Positions 20,214 to 28,210 of a stretch of 64,000 bases of DNA are shown here, in pieces. Position 1 is the first letter of the stretch. Every line of letters begins with the position of its first letter. The position numbers were made by a program, and so were the translations under genes. Under the pieces are notes generated by a model that saw only the letters and a program-made list of their open reading frames with translations, was not told where the DNA came from and did not search any database. Source of the DNA: Syntrophomonadaceae bacterium (lineage in GTDB: Bacteria > Bacillota > PH28-bin88); assembly GCA_018333865.1 (NCBI GenBank), contig JAGXSE010000066.1, positions 66,919-130,918 on the forward strand. Direction: 5' to 3'.

Positions 20214-21617
20214 ATGGACAGCGAACAGTTCCGGAAGTTTGGGTACGAGTTTGTTGACTGGGTGGCCGATTACTTTGCAGAAGTAGGGGACTATCCAGTC
20301 CGTTCCCGGGTAAAGCCAGGTGAAATCAAGGAAAGACTGCCCGCTAAAGCGCCGCAAGCCGGAGAGCCGTTGGAAACTATTTTTCGCGACTTTAAAGAGA
20401 TTATCCTGCCCGGGATGACTCACTGGCAGCATCCCGGCTGGTTTGCCTATTTTCCTGCCAATAACAGTCCGGAATCTGTCCTAGCCGAACTTTTAACGGC
20501 AGGGATGGGGGCCCAGTGCATGATCTGGCAAACGTCGCCGGCGGCCACAGAGCTGGAGGAGGTGGTCATGGAATGGCTCCGCGATATGCTGGGACTACCT
20601 GCCGGCATGGCAGGAGTACTCCAGGATACCGCATCCACAGCCACTCTTTGCGCCATTCTTACAGCCCGGGAGGCGGCCTCCGGTTTTGAAGCCAACAAAA
20701 AAGGCGTCAAGCAACCGCTGGTTGTGTATGCTTCTCAGGAAGCCCACTCCAGCGTAGACAAGGCGGTAAAAATTGCTGGATACGGCAAGGAATACCTGCG
20801 CCATATTCCGGTTGATGAAAATTACGCGCTGATTCCCAAAAAGCTTGAAGAAGCGATTGTGGCTGACAAAAAGGCGGGTCTGGTCCCTGCGTGCGTGGTT
20901 TCGTCTTTAGGCACCACATCGTCTGCGGCCTTTGACCCGCTGGAAGAAATAGGGCAAATCTGCCGCCGGCACAATATCTGGTTACATGTGGACGCTGCTT
21001 TTGCCGGTACTGCCGCCATCCTGGAAGAAAAACGCTGGATGCTGCAGGGAGCGGAATATATAGATTCCTTTGTTTTTAACCCCCACAAGTGGATGTTTAC
21101 CAACTTTGACTGTTCAGCATATTTTGTCAGGAATCCGGATTTGCTGGTAAAAACCTTCGAAATCCACCCTGAGTATTTAAAGACAGCTGCAGATACACAG
21201 GTAAAAAACTACCGTGACTGGGGAGTGCAGCTTGGCCGGCGATTTCGAGCCTTAAAACTCTGGTTTGTCATCCGCTCATACGGCGTTGAAGGTTTGCAGT
21301 CGATGGTAAGGGAGCACCTGCGTCTGGCCCAGTTGTTTAAAAGCTGGGTAGATGAGGAAGCCAGGTTTGAGGTGATGGCGCCGGTGAACTTAAGCCTGGT
21401 TTGCTTTCGTTTTAATGACGGAAGGCCGGAGCCGGAATTGCATAACAAAAACAAGGAACTCCTTGAGAAAATCAATGCCACAGGCTCTGTTTATCTGACC
21501 CACACAACACTTAAAGGGAAATATGTGATGCGGATGGCCATTGGCTCCCGCCTGACAGAGGAAAAACATGTCCGGCAAGCGTGGGAATTGATACAAAAGA
21601 TGGCAAAAGAGATATAA
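20214..21617 (+). CDS. PLP-dependent aromatic-L-amino-acid (tryptophan/tyrosine) decarboxylase, group II
   Basis: 467 aa. HWQHPGWFAYFPANNS and NPHKW (the PLP lysine) motifs are diagnostic of the DDC/TDC family. Confidence 0.8.
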   Translation: MDSEQFRKFGYEFVDWVADYFAEVGDYPVRSRVKPGEIKERLPAKAPQAGEPLETIFRDFKEIILPGMTHWQHPGWFAYFPANNSPESVLAELLTAGMGAQCMIWQTSPAATELEEVVMEWLRDMLGLPAGMAGVLQDTASTATLCAILTAREAASGFEANKKGVKQPLVVYASQEAHSSVDKAVKIAGYGKEYLRHIPVDENYALIPKKLEEAIVADKKAGLVPACVVSSLGTTSSAAFDPLEEIGQICRRHNIWLHVDAAFAGTAAILEEKRWMLQGAEYIDSFVFNPHKWMFTNFDCSAYFVRNPDLLVKTFEIHPEYLKTAADTQVKNYRDWGVQLGRRFRALKLWFVIRSYGVEGLQSMVREHLRLAQLFKSWVDEEARFEVMAPVNLSLVCFRFNDGRPEPELHNKNKELLEKINATGSVYLTHTTLKGKYVMRMAIGSRLTEEKHVRQAWELIQKMAKEI

Positions 21618-21629
21618 GGAGTTGGTATT

Positions 21630-21851
21630 ATGGCGGAGATAAAATTTGAAATCAAAGAGCACCTTGGCGTTCTATCCGAATCGAACAAAGGCTGGAAAAA
21701 GGAAATGAATCTAGTCAGTTGGAATGATAGAGAGCCAAAATATGATATCAGAGAATGGGATCCGGAATATAAGAAGATGGGCAAGGGTATTACCCTGAGC
21801 TTGCAAGAATTAAAGAAGTTAAGGGGAATTCTCAATGAGCTTAATATTTGA
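21630..21851 (+). CDS. YdbC-like (PC4-like) ssDNA-binding small protein
   Basis: 73 aa. The GW.KE.N.VSWN...PKYDIREW....KMGKGITL pattern matches the YdbC family. Confidence 0.5.
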   Translation: MAEIKFEIKEHLGVLSESNKGWKKEMNLVSWNDREPKYDIREWDPEYKKMGKGITLSLQELKKLRGILNELNI

Positions 21852-21885
21852 AACTTAATCGTTTTGGGCAGCGCCACCATCAGAT

Positions 21886-22293
21886 CTACATTTCGAGCAT
21901 CTGTTTTATCTTGCCGGAGAACTCGCTGATAAATTTCTCCACGTCCTGTAACTGTTGCCGAATAACCGTCTCGTCAAAAGTTACCATGGGCATGTAATCC
22001 CCTTGATGACGCGCATGAAACAATTCATCATACAACTTGCCGAAGGTTTTATCTACTTTACCTGTCCGGACATATTCCCGGTGAAAAGAAGACCGTACGG
22101 CGGAGTGTTTACCATGGTTCTCTCCTTTTACAGCCAAGGCCGCTGTAACCAAATAAAACAACGCATAGTACAACCGGTTAACTACATAGGCCAGTCTACC
22201 TGCATCAAGTTCACTTCTGGCAGACTCCAGGCTCTCCACCGCTCTCCCCAGCCAGTGATAAACAAGATCTTTCATGTTCCGGTCCTTAGTCAT
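21886..22293 (-). CDS. HEPN-domain toxin of an MNT/HEPN type II TA pair
   Basis: 135 aa. R-x4-6-H motif (FHARHQGDY). 4-nt overlap with the upstream MNT gene. Confidence 0.7.
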   Translation of the reverse strand: MTKDRNMKDLVYHWLGRAVESLESARSELDAGRLAYVVNRLYYALFYLVTAALAVKGENHGKHSAVRSSFHREYVRTGKVDKTFGKLYDELFHARHQGDYMPMVTFDETVIRQQLQDVEKFISEFSGKIKQMLEM

Positions 22294-22637
22294 ACTACCA
22301 CACCATCTCGCTGGACTTCTGAGTAAAGTGGTATCAGAGAGTAAACTCCATTGTTCCAGGAAAATGTATCAACCACTATAACGCTCAAATTGGTGCCATA
22401 AGAGTAATTAACCTCAAAAATAATATCCGATATGGTATTTCTATCCCGGTGGGTCATTACTTTCCTGGTAATCACCAGCAGGTCAAGATCCGATTCCTCA
22501 TCATTCTCACCCCGGGCCACTGAACCGAATATTACCAGCATCTCCACAGGAAACTGCTTCATTAACCGCTTCTTTGCTTCCAATACAGCTTCCCTTTGCT
22601 CTTTGACAAGTATAAGGTCGTTAAAACCAGGCTTCAT
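22290..22637 (-). CDS. Minimal nucleotidyltransferase (MNT) antitoxin
   Basis: 115 aa. The GSVARG...DLDLLVI signature of the polymerase-beta-like NTase fold. Confidence 0.7.
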   Translation of the reverse strand: MKPGFNDLILVKEQREAVLEAKKRLMKQFPVEMLVIFGSVARGENDEESDLDLLVITRKVMTHRDRNTISDIIFEVNYSYGTNLSVIVVDTFSWNNGVYSLIPLYSEVQRDGVVV

Positions 22638-22764
22638 TTTTCCGACCTCCTCTAAAATAGACCGATTTTACAACAATCTTCAGATTTGATTTGTTAAAAA
22701 ATTATACCTTAGACTCAACAATAAAATCAACAATAGTCCATGTAAAGCTGTGTTCATGTAAAGT

Positions 22765-22954
22765 GGGAATTAGGAATTATGGGAGGAATTATAGGGATAC
22801 CATACCGAATTATGGGCTAGAAGTTAGACCCCTTTTCTTTTCGGGGGCCTTTGGGGCTGGGTTTATGCGACCACAAATCCTATCCCAATATCGTTTCAAA
22901 GCCTGCAAGGAAACTCTCGTCTGCTAGATAATTTAGTATGGTCCCCATAATTCC
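22765..22954. repeat. Copy A of a roughly 170 bp TIR-bounded MITE-like repeat (left end degenerate and reiterated)
   Basis: About 85-90% identical to the copies at 24725-24898 and 27178-27350. The ends are AATTAT(A/G)GGGA(C/T)ACCATAC... and ...GTATGGTCCCCATAATTCC. There is an internal CCCC/GGGG hairpin. Confidence 0.75.
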
Positions 22955-23051
22955 CGACTTCTTCTTTTGTGCGACCCTTTTTCTCTGCTTTTTGGACATA
23001 CATAGGATAAACGCTGGAAAATGTCGTCTTGTACATACGCTCGTTTTTCAT
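22955..23051 (-). pseudogene. DUF2200-family gene truncated after about 32 codons by repeat copy A
   Basis: The minus-strand ATG at 23051 encodes [32 protein letters not shown], a typical DUF2200 N-terminus. The reading frame then runs straight into the repeat end at 22954. Confidence 0.6.
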
Positions 23052-23238
23052 CGTGTTTTTTCTCCTTCCTCATTTTGGGCTTGTTCATTCTCCATCAGCG
23101 TCAAAGCAACCTTCAGGACGGCGATTCGCCGTGCAAGCAGAGCCTGCTGTGATTTGCCCAGTTTCGTGACGTCAACATGGAGTTTCGTTATGTCGTTACG
23201 GATAATGGTAAAAGCATTTGCGGTTCACTTTATATTCA

Positions 23239-23964
23239 TCACAATTCCTTTATCATAAGGTAGTCCTCATGCCCTTCGTGGTCGAGCCTTTCGCCCGTAA
23301 TTTTATATCCGAGACGTTGATAAAACCGCGCGGCGGGATTATCCTTTTGCACAGAAAGCGAGGTTTGCTTATAGCCATTTCTTCGTAATAGCTCAAATAG
23401 TTTTTTCATAAGGTTTGTTCCTATGCCGTAGCCGCGGAATTCCGGCAATATCGAAATGGCAAGTTCAGGCGTATCGCTGTCGATGTGACCGTAAGCCGGT
23501 ATAATTCGTGTCCACGCCGCGCCGATTACTTGCCCGTTCTGCTCCGCGACCACACCTAAGTCAGCCGGCTGCGTTCCAAAATCCTTGATGTAGACAAATA
23601 TCTCCGGCTCTTTAACGATTTCTCTTGACGGCCGCTCTACTCCCTCTGGAATGAATATCGCTTGATATAATAATTCATTTAAGCATTCATAATCCGATTC
23701 TCGCATAACACGAACCTTGGCGGTTATCTTATGCGCCGTGATAATCGCAAAGCTATGCGCGTTAATGGTTATAACAATACCACTCCCATACACATACCAA
23801 TTCTTGCCTTGCCCGATAATAATGTCCGCCCGTTTTAAAGCATCCTTGCACCAAGACACAATGTCATCGATTTGCAAATCAAAGTTTCGCCTTATACGTT
23901 CAGCGCCCATTGGTGTGGTGTGTATCTTGTCAATGTTTTGAGTTATATCATTTTCGACTTTCAT
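23239..23964 (-). CDS. GNAT-family N-acetyltransferase with an N-terminal DUF3781-like domain
   Basis: The C-terminal acetyl-CoA motif is IGAAW...RGYGIGTNLMKK. The N-terminal roughly 90 aa (IHTTPMGAERIRRNF) matches a domain often fused to GNATs. Start at MKVEND (23964). Confidence 0.65.
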   Translation of the reverse strand: MKVENDITQNIDKIHTTPMGAERIRRNFDLQIDDIVSWCKDALKRADIIIGQGKNWYVYGSGIVITINAHSFAIITAHKITAKVRVMRESDYECLNELLYQAIFIPEGVERPSREIVKEPEIFVYIKDFGTQPADLGVVAEQNGQVIGAAWTRIIPAYGHIDSDTPELAISILPEFRGYGIGTNLMKKLFELLRRNGYKQTSLSVQKDNPAARFYQRLGYKITGERLDHEGHEDYLMIKEL

Positions 23965-23966
23965 AA

Positions 23967-24218
23967 TCAGTCCTTCCAGTCCCACCAATTTTGTTTGTCG
24001 GGCGGTAGTTGCCCGTCGTGGTCGGCGTAATGCACCGCCAGTCGATAGCAGTACAGCGCACATCTATCCACGACCGCGCCTTGTGCAATGCAGTCGGCGG
24101 CGTAGACCTCATCAGGGCTTTTGCCTTTCAGCGACTCTATCGTCGGAAAGCCTGCCTTTGTCAAATGTTCCGCCATATTTTTTCCGATGCCGGGTATTTT
24201 CGTTAGTTCAGATTTCAT
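23967..24218 (-). CDS. Helix-hairpin-helix small protein (TfoX C-terminal-domain-like)
   Basis: 83 aa. IPGIGKNMAEHL is an HhH motif. Tightly packed between the membrane protein and GNAT genes. Confidence 0.5.
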   Translation of the reverse strand: MKSELTKIPGIGKNMAEHLTKAGFPTIESLKGKSPDEVYAADCIAQGAVVDRCALYCYRLAVHYADHDGQLPPDKQNWWDWKD

Positions 24219-24222
24219 AGTC

Positions 24223-24681
24223 TCAAACCCCTATAGGAAAATTCTCCAGAGCCACCAACAGGTGAAACACCAGAAACACGATGCTGACCGCTGAAATCGG
24301 ATACACCTTCTCCGCAACTCCGGCGCAGAAGAACGCAATCGGCGGCAATATAACCATCGCGTAAATTACCGAGAGCGGCTGAACCGTATAGAAGTATAAA
24401 AGCCAGCAAATCCAGTACATTCCAATAGCAGTATATGCCGCTATTGCGGTCTTGCTTTTCGGCAACCTTTTCTCTTGTCCGCGTTGTACCAAGAATAACA
24501 GAAGGATAACTATTGACACACCGAGGATATGTTCTCCATATTCGATAACCGGCACGGAAGATGCATTATCCTTAAGTGAGTTAACCGATGGCGGGAACAA
24601 TGCCCAGACAATATTAGGCAAGGCTTGAAGCACCACGATTATCAGCCCGTACAGCGAAAAGCCTATGCGCAAATTCGTCAT
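24223..24681 (-). CDS. Small integral membrane protein (4 predicted TM helices), unknown function
   Basis: 152 aa with four hydrophobic segments. First gene of a three-gene minus-strand unit. Confidence 0.5.
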   Translation of the reverse strand: MTNLRIGFSLYGLIIVVLQALPNIVWALFPPSVNSLKDNASSVPVIEYGEHILGVSIVILLLFLVQRGQEKRLPKSKTAIAAYTAIGMYWICWLLYFYTVQPLSVIYAMVILPPIAFFCAGVAEKVYPISAVSIVFLVFHLLVALENFPIGV

Positions 24682-24724
24682 ATCTGGTTCCTCACTTTCG
24701 GCTTAATCAGGTCGTAGCTGCCCT

Positions 24725-24898
24725 GAAAATTATGGGGACACCATACTGAATTATGGGTTAGAAGTTAGGCCCCTTTTCCTCTTCGGGGACCTTTGGTGCT
24801 TGATTTATGAGGCCACAAATCCTATCCCAATATCGTTTCAAAGTCTGCAAGGAAACTCTCGTCTGCAAAATAATTTAGTATGGTGTCCCCATAATTCC
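24725..24898. repeat. Copy B of the MITE-like repeat, with perfect 20 bp terminal inverted repeats
   Basis: Left end AATTATGGGGACACCATACT at 24727-24746. Right end AGTATGGTGTCCCCATAATT ending at about 24896, the exact reverse complement. The internal sequence is shared with copies A and C. Confidence 0.8.
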
Positions 24899-24993
24899 AC
24901 GTTTTTGCCAGGAGCCGACTGAGGCAACCATTTTATGCAAAAAACCGCAAAAGCTATTCCCGGTCGGCTCGATGGCGTTGTTATGACAGGATT

Positions 24994-25824
24994 TTATGCT
25001 TCCATTTCTCCTTCTGATTCTTGTTTTCTTTTCCTTGTCCTCTTATTATTATTTTCCTGCTGTCTGACTTGAGCAACTTTTTGCACTAAGAAAGATCCGA
25101 CACTCACGGTGCCAATAAGCACCAAAGTCATAGCCCCAGCGGTACAAGTCGTAAGCAACGCTGCTATATAATTACCTTGAGCGAGCAGGTTAACTGCTTG
25201 AGCACCGCCCATCGCCAAAGGCGCAATGCAAACCTTCTTCGATGTTTCCAATAGAGAAAGAAGACTGTCAGTTTTTACTTGGGGACTTTGACCCAAAGGT
25301 ATATCATAGGTAAATACTTCTGTGATGAAGCCGTCAATTTCCTTGCTGCGTCTAAGCCTCGCGTTAAGACATGTGAATGCGGTGTTTAAAGCCTCGTCGT
25401 TTATTTCAGGTTTAATCCGATCTTTCAATTCTGGATAGAATACGAATGGCCATGCAAACCAATTATTGCTCAACGACGACGATGTGCTTATTAGGGAAAG
25501 GAAGTCTGAAAATAATTCTTTTTGGGTATGTTCTTGAGGAAGTTTTTCAAAAAAACGATAGAAATATTTTTCATGTTGTGGATGCCAAAATGGATAAAAG
25601 GAATCTGGAGGATAGTCGCGCAACGCGCGGGCAATGCGTTGATATTGATCAGTTGATAAAACCGTAGAAGAAGGAATGCCTAGTATATCAGCGAGTAAAT
25701 CTTCAACTAGTTCTTCGGACAGTTTAAGTTCTTCGAGCGGGACAGACGCTATATGGATAATATTTGATACTTGTCGGCCCACAAAAGAACGTTGAATTAC
25801 AGTACCCCCAATAAGTTCGCCCAT
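24994..25824 (-). CDS. Hypothetical protein with a roughly 200 aa soluble N-terminal domain and a C-terminal transmembrane helix
   Basis: 276 aa. No recognisable motifs. Hydrophobic stretch IAPLAMGGAQAVNLLAQGNYIAALLTTCTAGAMTLVLIGTVSVGSFLV near the C-terminus, then a basic tail. Sits in the visibly AT-rich segment. Confidence 0.5.
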   Translation of the reverse strand: MGELIGGTVIQRSFVGRQVSNIIHIASVPLEELKLSEELVEDLLADILGIPSSTVLSTDQYQRIARALRDYPPDSFYPFWHPQHEKYFYRFFEKLPQEHTQKELFSDFLSLISTSSSLSNNWFAWPFVFYPELKDRIKPEINDEALNTAFTCLNARLRRSKEIDGFITEVFTYDIPLGQSPQVKTDSLLSLLETSKKVCIAPLAMGGAQAVNLLAQGNYIAALLTTCTAGAMTLVLIGTVSVGSFLVQKVAQVRQQENNNKRTRKRKQESEGEMEA

Positions 25825-26048
25825 TTTCTTCTCCTTTTAGTATTTTAATTTTGATTTTATTGCAATAAGTAATATTTAGTGAATATCTATTAAAATATTG
25901 AGATTTTGCGCATGAATTGGCCCGGTAACGCATGTTTATGCATGATTTTCTAATAAATTAGGGTTCTTGCAGTAGAATCAATTTTGTTATAACGCGCCGC
26001 TTAACCAGTCTGAGCCTTATCCCGTTCAGGTTAGAGCGGTTGTTAGTA

Positions 26049-26945
26049 TCAAAGCCTTTTGTCACATATATTTATAACGCTACACTTATTGCATTTAGCA
26101 CGGTCCCGGCAAAAGCCATAGTTCTCGCGTTCCGTCAGTGAGCAATAGGTGTAAATCCCCTTGTTAATCTCTCGAAGGCTATATGGGATTCCGAGTCGTT
26201 TCAGAAAATGAACCGTCGCCTCACGGTCGAAGGGTTCTATGAGATGTGAGATGCCCGTTACTCTCAGAAAGTGCTCGTTAGAAGAATCCCATTTGTAAGA
26301 GTTCTCGACAAAGTGGGCCTCCACAATATCTCCAAATAGGAAGTCGAATACATTAGGACCAATGCCCTTTAACTCAGTCCAAGGCTTCGCCCTCTTGAGA
26401 AAATACTCCCATTCTGAAACTGACATATTAAGGAACTCGTGTTCTGAGATATGATGTCTATTCGAGAATCTTTCGTACTTGGAAATGATATAAGTGGCAA
26501 AACTGGACGAATGGTTTTGCCTCAAAAAAGCGCATGCCTGTAGTAGGTGATAGAGGAGTATCCAAAATTTTCGGCCAGTATTACCCATTCTACGCTCCAA
26601 GAATTGGCGGACAGCTTTTTCAAATAGTTGGGCCTCTTTCCCAATATCCCCATTTCGAGCAGAAGTATAGAATTCAGAAGTCAAGGATCCGACAAGCTCC
26701 CTGTCATATTTCCTGGGACAAGAGTATCTTTGAAGGATTTTTCCCAAGCTATCAATTGAGAGAATGCAAAAATCCTCCAATACCGGTCTCATTTTGAATA
26801 ATTGGAAGCCTTGTTGTTCATAGCCGCGTAGAATAAAGATCGTGTCTATGTTCTTCCAGGATTCAGCATATTGCACCCATCTTGAACTTGTGGACTCGAC
26901 AGCATTCTGAATGATCAGCTTTGCTTGACCTTGGTCCATCGCCAT
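26049..26945 (-). CDS. Divergent HhH-GPD superfamily (EndoIII/MutY-like) DNA glycosylase-like protein with a C-terminal 4Fe-4S cluster loop
   Basis: 298 aa. HhH LKGIGPNVFDF, then DSSNEHFLRV (compare EndoIII VDTHIFRV, which carries the catalytic Asp). C-terminal C-x5-C-x2-C-x5-C (CRDRAKCNKCSVINIC) resembles the FeS-loop motif. The N-terminal roughly 190 aa is unrecognisable. AT-rich. Confidence 0.5.
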   Translation of the reverse strand: MAMDQGQAKLIIQNAVESTSSRWVQYAESWKNIDTIFILRGYEQQGFQLFKMRPVLEDFCILSIDSLGKILQRYSCPRKYDRELVGSLTSEFYTSARNGDIGKEAQLFEKAVRQFLERRMGNTGRKFWILLYHLLQACAFLRQNHSSSFATYIISKYERFSNRHHISEHEFLNMSVSEWEYFLKRAKPWTELKGIGPNVFDFLFGDIVEAHFVENSYKWDSSNEHFLRVTGISHLIEPFDREATVHFLKRLGIPYSLREINKGIYTYCSLTERENYGFCRDRAKCNKCSVINICDKRL

Positions 26946-27177
26946 ACCTCCTGCGTGCTATAATATGTTTTTATATTTCTTCTACCTTTAGAAAAATGTT
27001 ATGTTGCGACATATGTTTTGTCAAGCAAAATTCGCCTAATTCTCAGAAAACTAAACATTTTACCTTGCTTAGTCTACGAGAGTGCAATTTAATGATAAAA
27101 TATTATTAATATGCGTAGGTGTGGTAAGTTATGAAAATTGATAATTTAGATGACTTTAAAAGCTATCTTGAAATTGT

Positions 27178-27350
27178 GGGAAATTATGGGGACACCTTAC
27201 TGAATTATGGGTTAGAAGTTAGGCCCCTTTTCCTTTTGGGGATCTTTGGGGCTGGGTTTATGAGGCCACAAATCCTATCCAAATATCGTTTCAAAGCCTG
27301 CAAGGAAACTCTCGTCTGCTAAATAATTTAGTATGGTGTCCCCATAATTC
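27178..27350. repeat. Copy C of the MITE-like repeat
   Basis: Left AAATTATGGGGACACCTTACT, right AGTATGGTGTCCCCATAATTC. It is followed by a tandem duplicated CATAATTCAT and preceded by a reiterated GAAATTGTGG/GAAATTATGG. Confidence 0.8.
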
Positions 27351-27368
27351 ATCATAATTCATACTTGA

Positions 27369-28178
27369 CTACCTCGCCAGAGGCAGGCTTTTAGCCGGCA
27401 CTGCCAGGCCGATTGTCTCCCCGTCTTTCTTATTGGAATCTTGCAATGTCCCAAAGATTACCCCGACTACCCGTCCTTCCCGGTTAACGACTGGGCTGCC
27501 GCTGCTGCCCTGGTGTATGGGGCCTTTAATTAACATTACCGGCTGCTCCCAGCCCTGCAGTGGCGCTAGGCCCAGGAACTGGCATTTTGCAACTACTTGA
27601 GAAAAACCAAGGGGGTTGCCGATAACCAGCACTTCTGCTCCTGGTGTCAGATTTACTGCTTGATCTAATTTCAACACAGGCAGATCATGGCCTTTAATAT
27701 GGACCACCGCCAGGTCAACCTCTGGCCAGCTCGCCCATTTTGTCCCTTGATACAGGTCACCGTTGGAAAACCTGATAAACACAGCCCTGGCGTCTTTTAT
27801 AACATGGTGATTGGTAACGATAACGCCTGCCGCCTCAATATTAAATCCTGTACCCCGGCTGTCTGCTGTTTCAACCGTCACTACGGCCTGCTGAAGTTCC
27901 TGGATCCAAGGGCTGTCGGCCACCAATTCCCTGGACTTGAAAACAAACCCCAAAGAAGGCAGGTTAAAAGCCTGGAACCAGCTCCCGGCCATTAGCAATA
28001 AAAAAGCAAAAAAAGTAAGAACACCGACTAATTTTAAAACAGTTCTTTTGCCGTCAGCCTGTGGCTGCTCTTGATCTTCTTCCGGCAAATCATTTAAATC
28101 CTGATTTTCGTCCAAGCCCAAATCTGCTCTTTGTTCGGGAGTAAGCGGCACGTCCCAATATTCTTGCTCTTTATTCAT
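27369..28178 (-). CDS. Membrane-anchored trypsin-like (S1/HtrA-like) serine protease
   Basis: TNHHV (His), the D, and GSSGSPVV (Ser) make the catalytic triad context. N-terminal TM anchor. Start at MNKEQ (28178), preceded by GGAGGGGGG. Confidence 0.7.
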   Translation of the reverse strand: MNKEQEYWDVPLTPEQRADLGLDENQDLNDLPEEDQEQPQADGKRTVLKLVGVLTFFAFLLLMAGSWFQAFNLPSLGFVFKSRELVADSPWIQELQQAVVTVETADSRGTGFNIEAAGVIVTNHHVIKDARAVFIRFSNGDLYQGTKWASWPEVDLAVVHIKGHDLPVLKLDQAVNLTPGAEVLVIGNPLGFSQVVAKCQFLGLAPLQGWEQPVMLIKGPIHQGSSGSPVVNREGRVVGVIFGTLQDSNKKDGETIGLAVPAKSLPLAR

Positions 28179-28210
28179 CACCCCCCCTCCCATCCAACAA
28201 ATTTCTAGAT

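Noticed and set aside
22691-22927. Small ORFs overlapping the repeat copies (78 aa at 22691-22927 and 63 aa at 27131-27322) that share the conserved peptide NYGLEVRPLF...[26 protein letters not shown]
   Set aside because: The third copy (24725-24898) carries a 1-nt indel in the same stretch and so does not preserve the frame. The conservation is at the nucleotide level, consistent with a non-coding repeat.
22938-23258. Plus-strand 106 aa ORF from the ORF track
   Set aside because: Low-complexity and hydrophobic, with no homology. The opposite strand carries the recognisable DUF2200 N-terminal fragment, so this ORF is almost certainly spurious.
22690-27360. Integron-like cassette array with the 170 bp repeats acting as attC sites
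   Set aside because: No intI-type integrase is present in the window. The repeats have long perfect terminal inverted repeats and high mutual identity, unlike attC sites, which are structurally conserved but sequence-diverse. The genes between copies are in mixed multi-gene units.
22690-27360. A CRISPR array
   Set aside because: Only three repeat copies, about 2.3 kb apart, separated by protein-coding genes. No short regular repeat-spacer structure and no cas genes.
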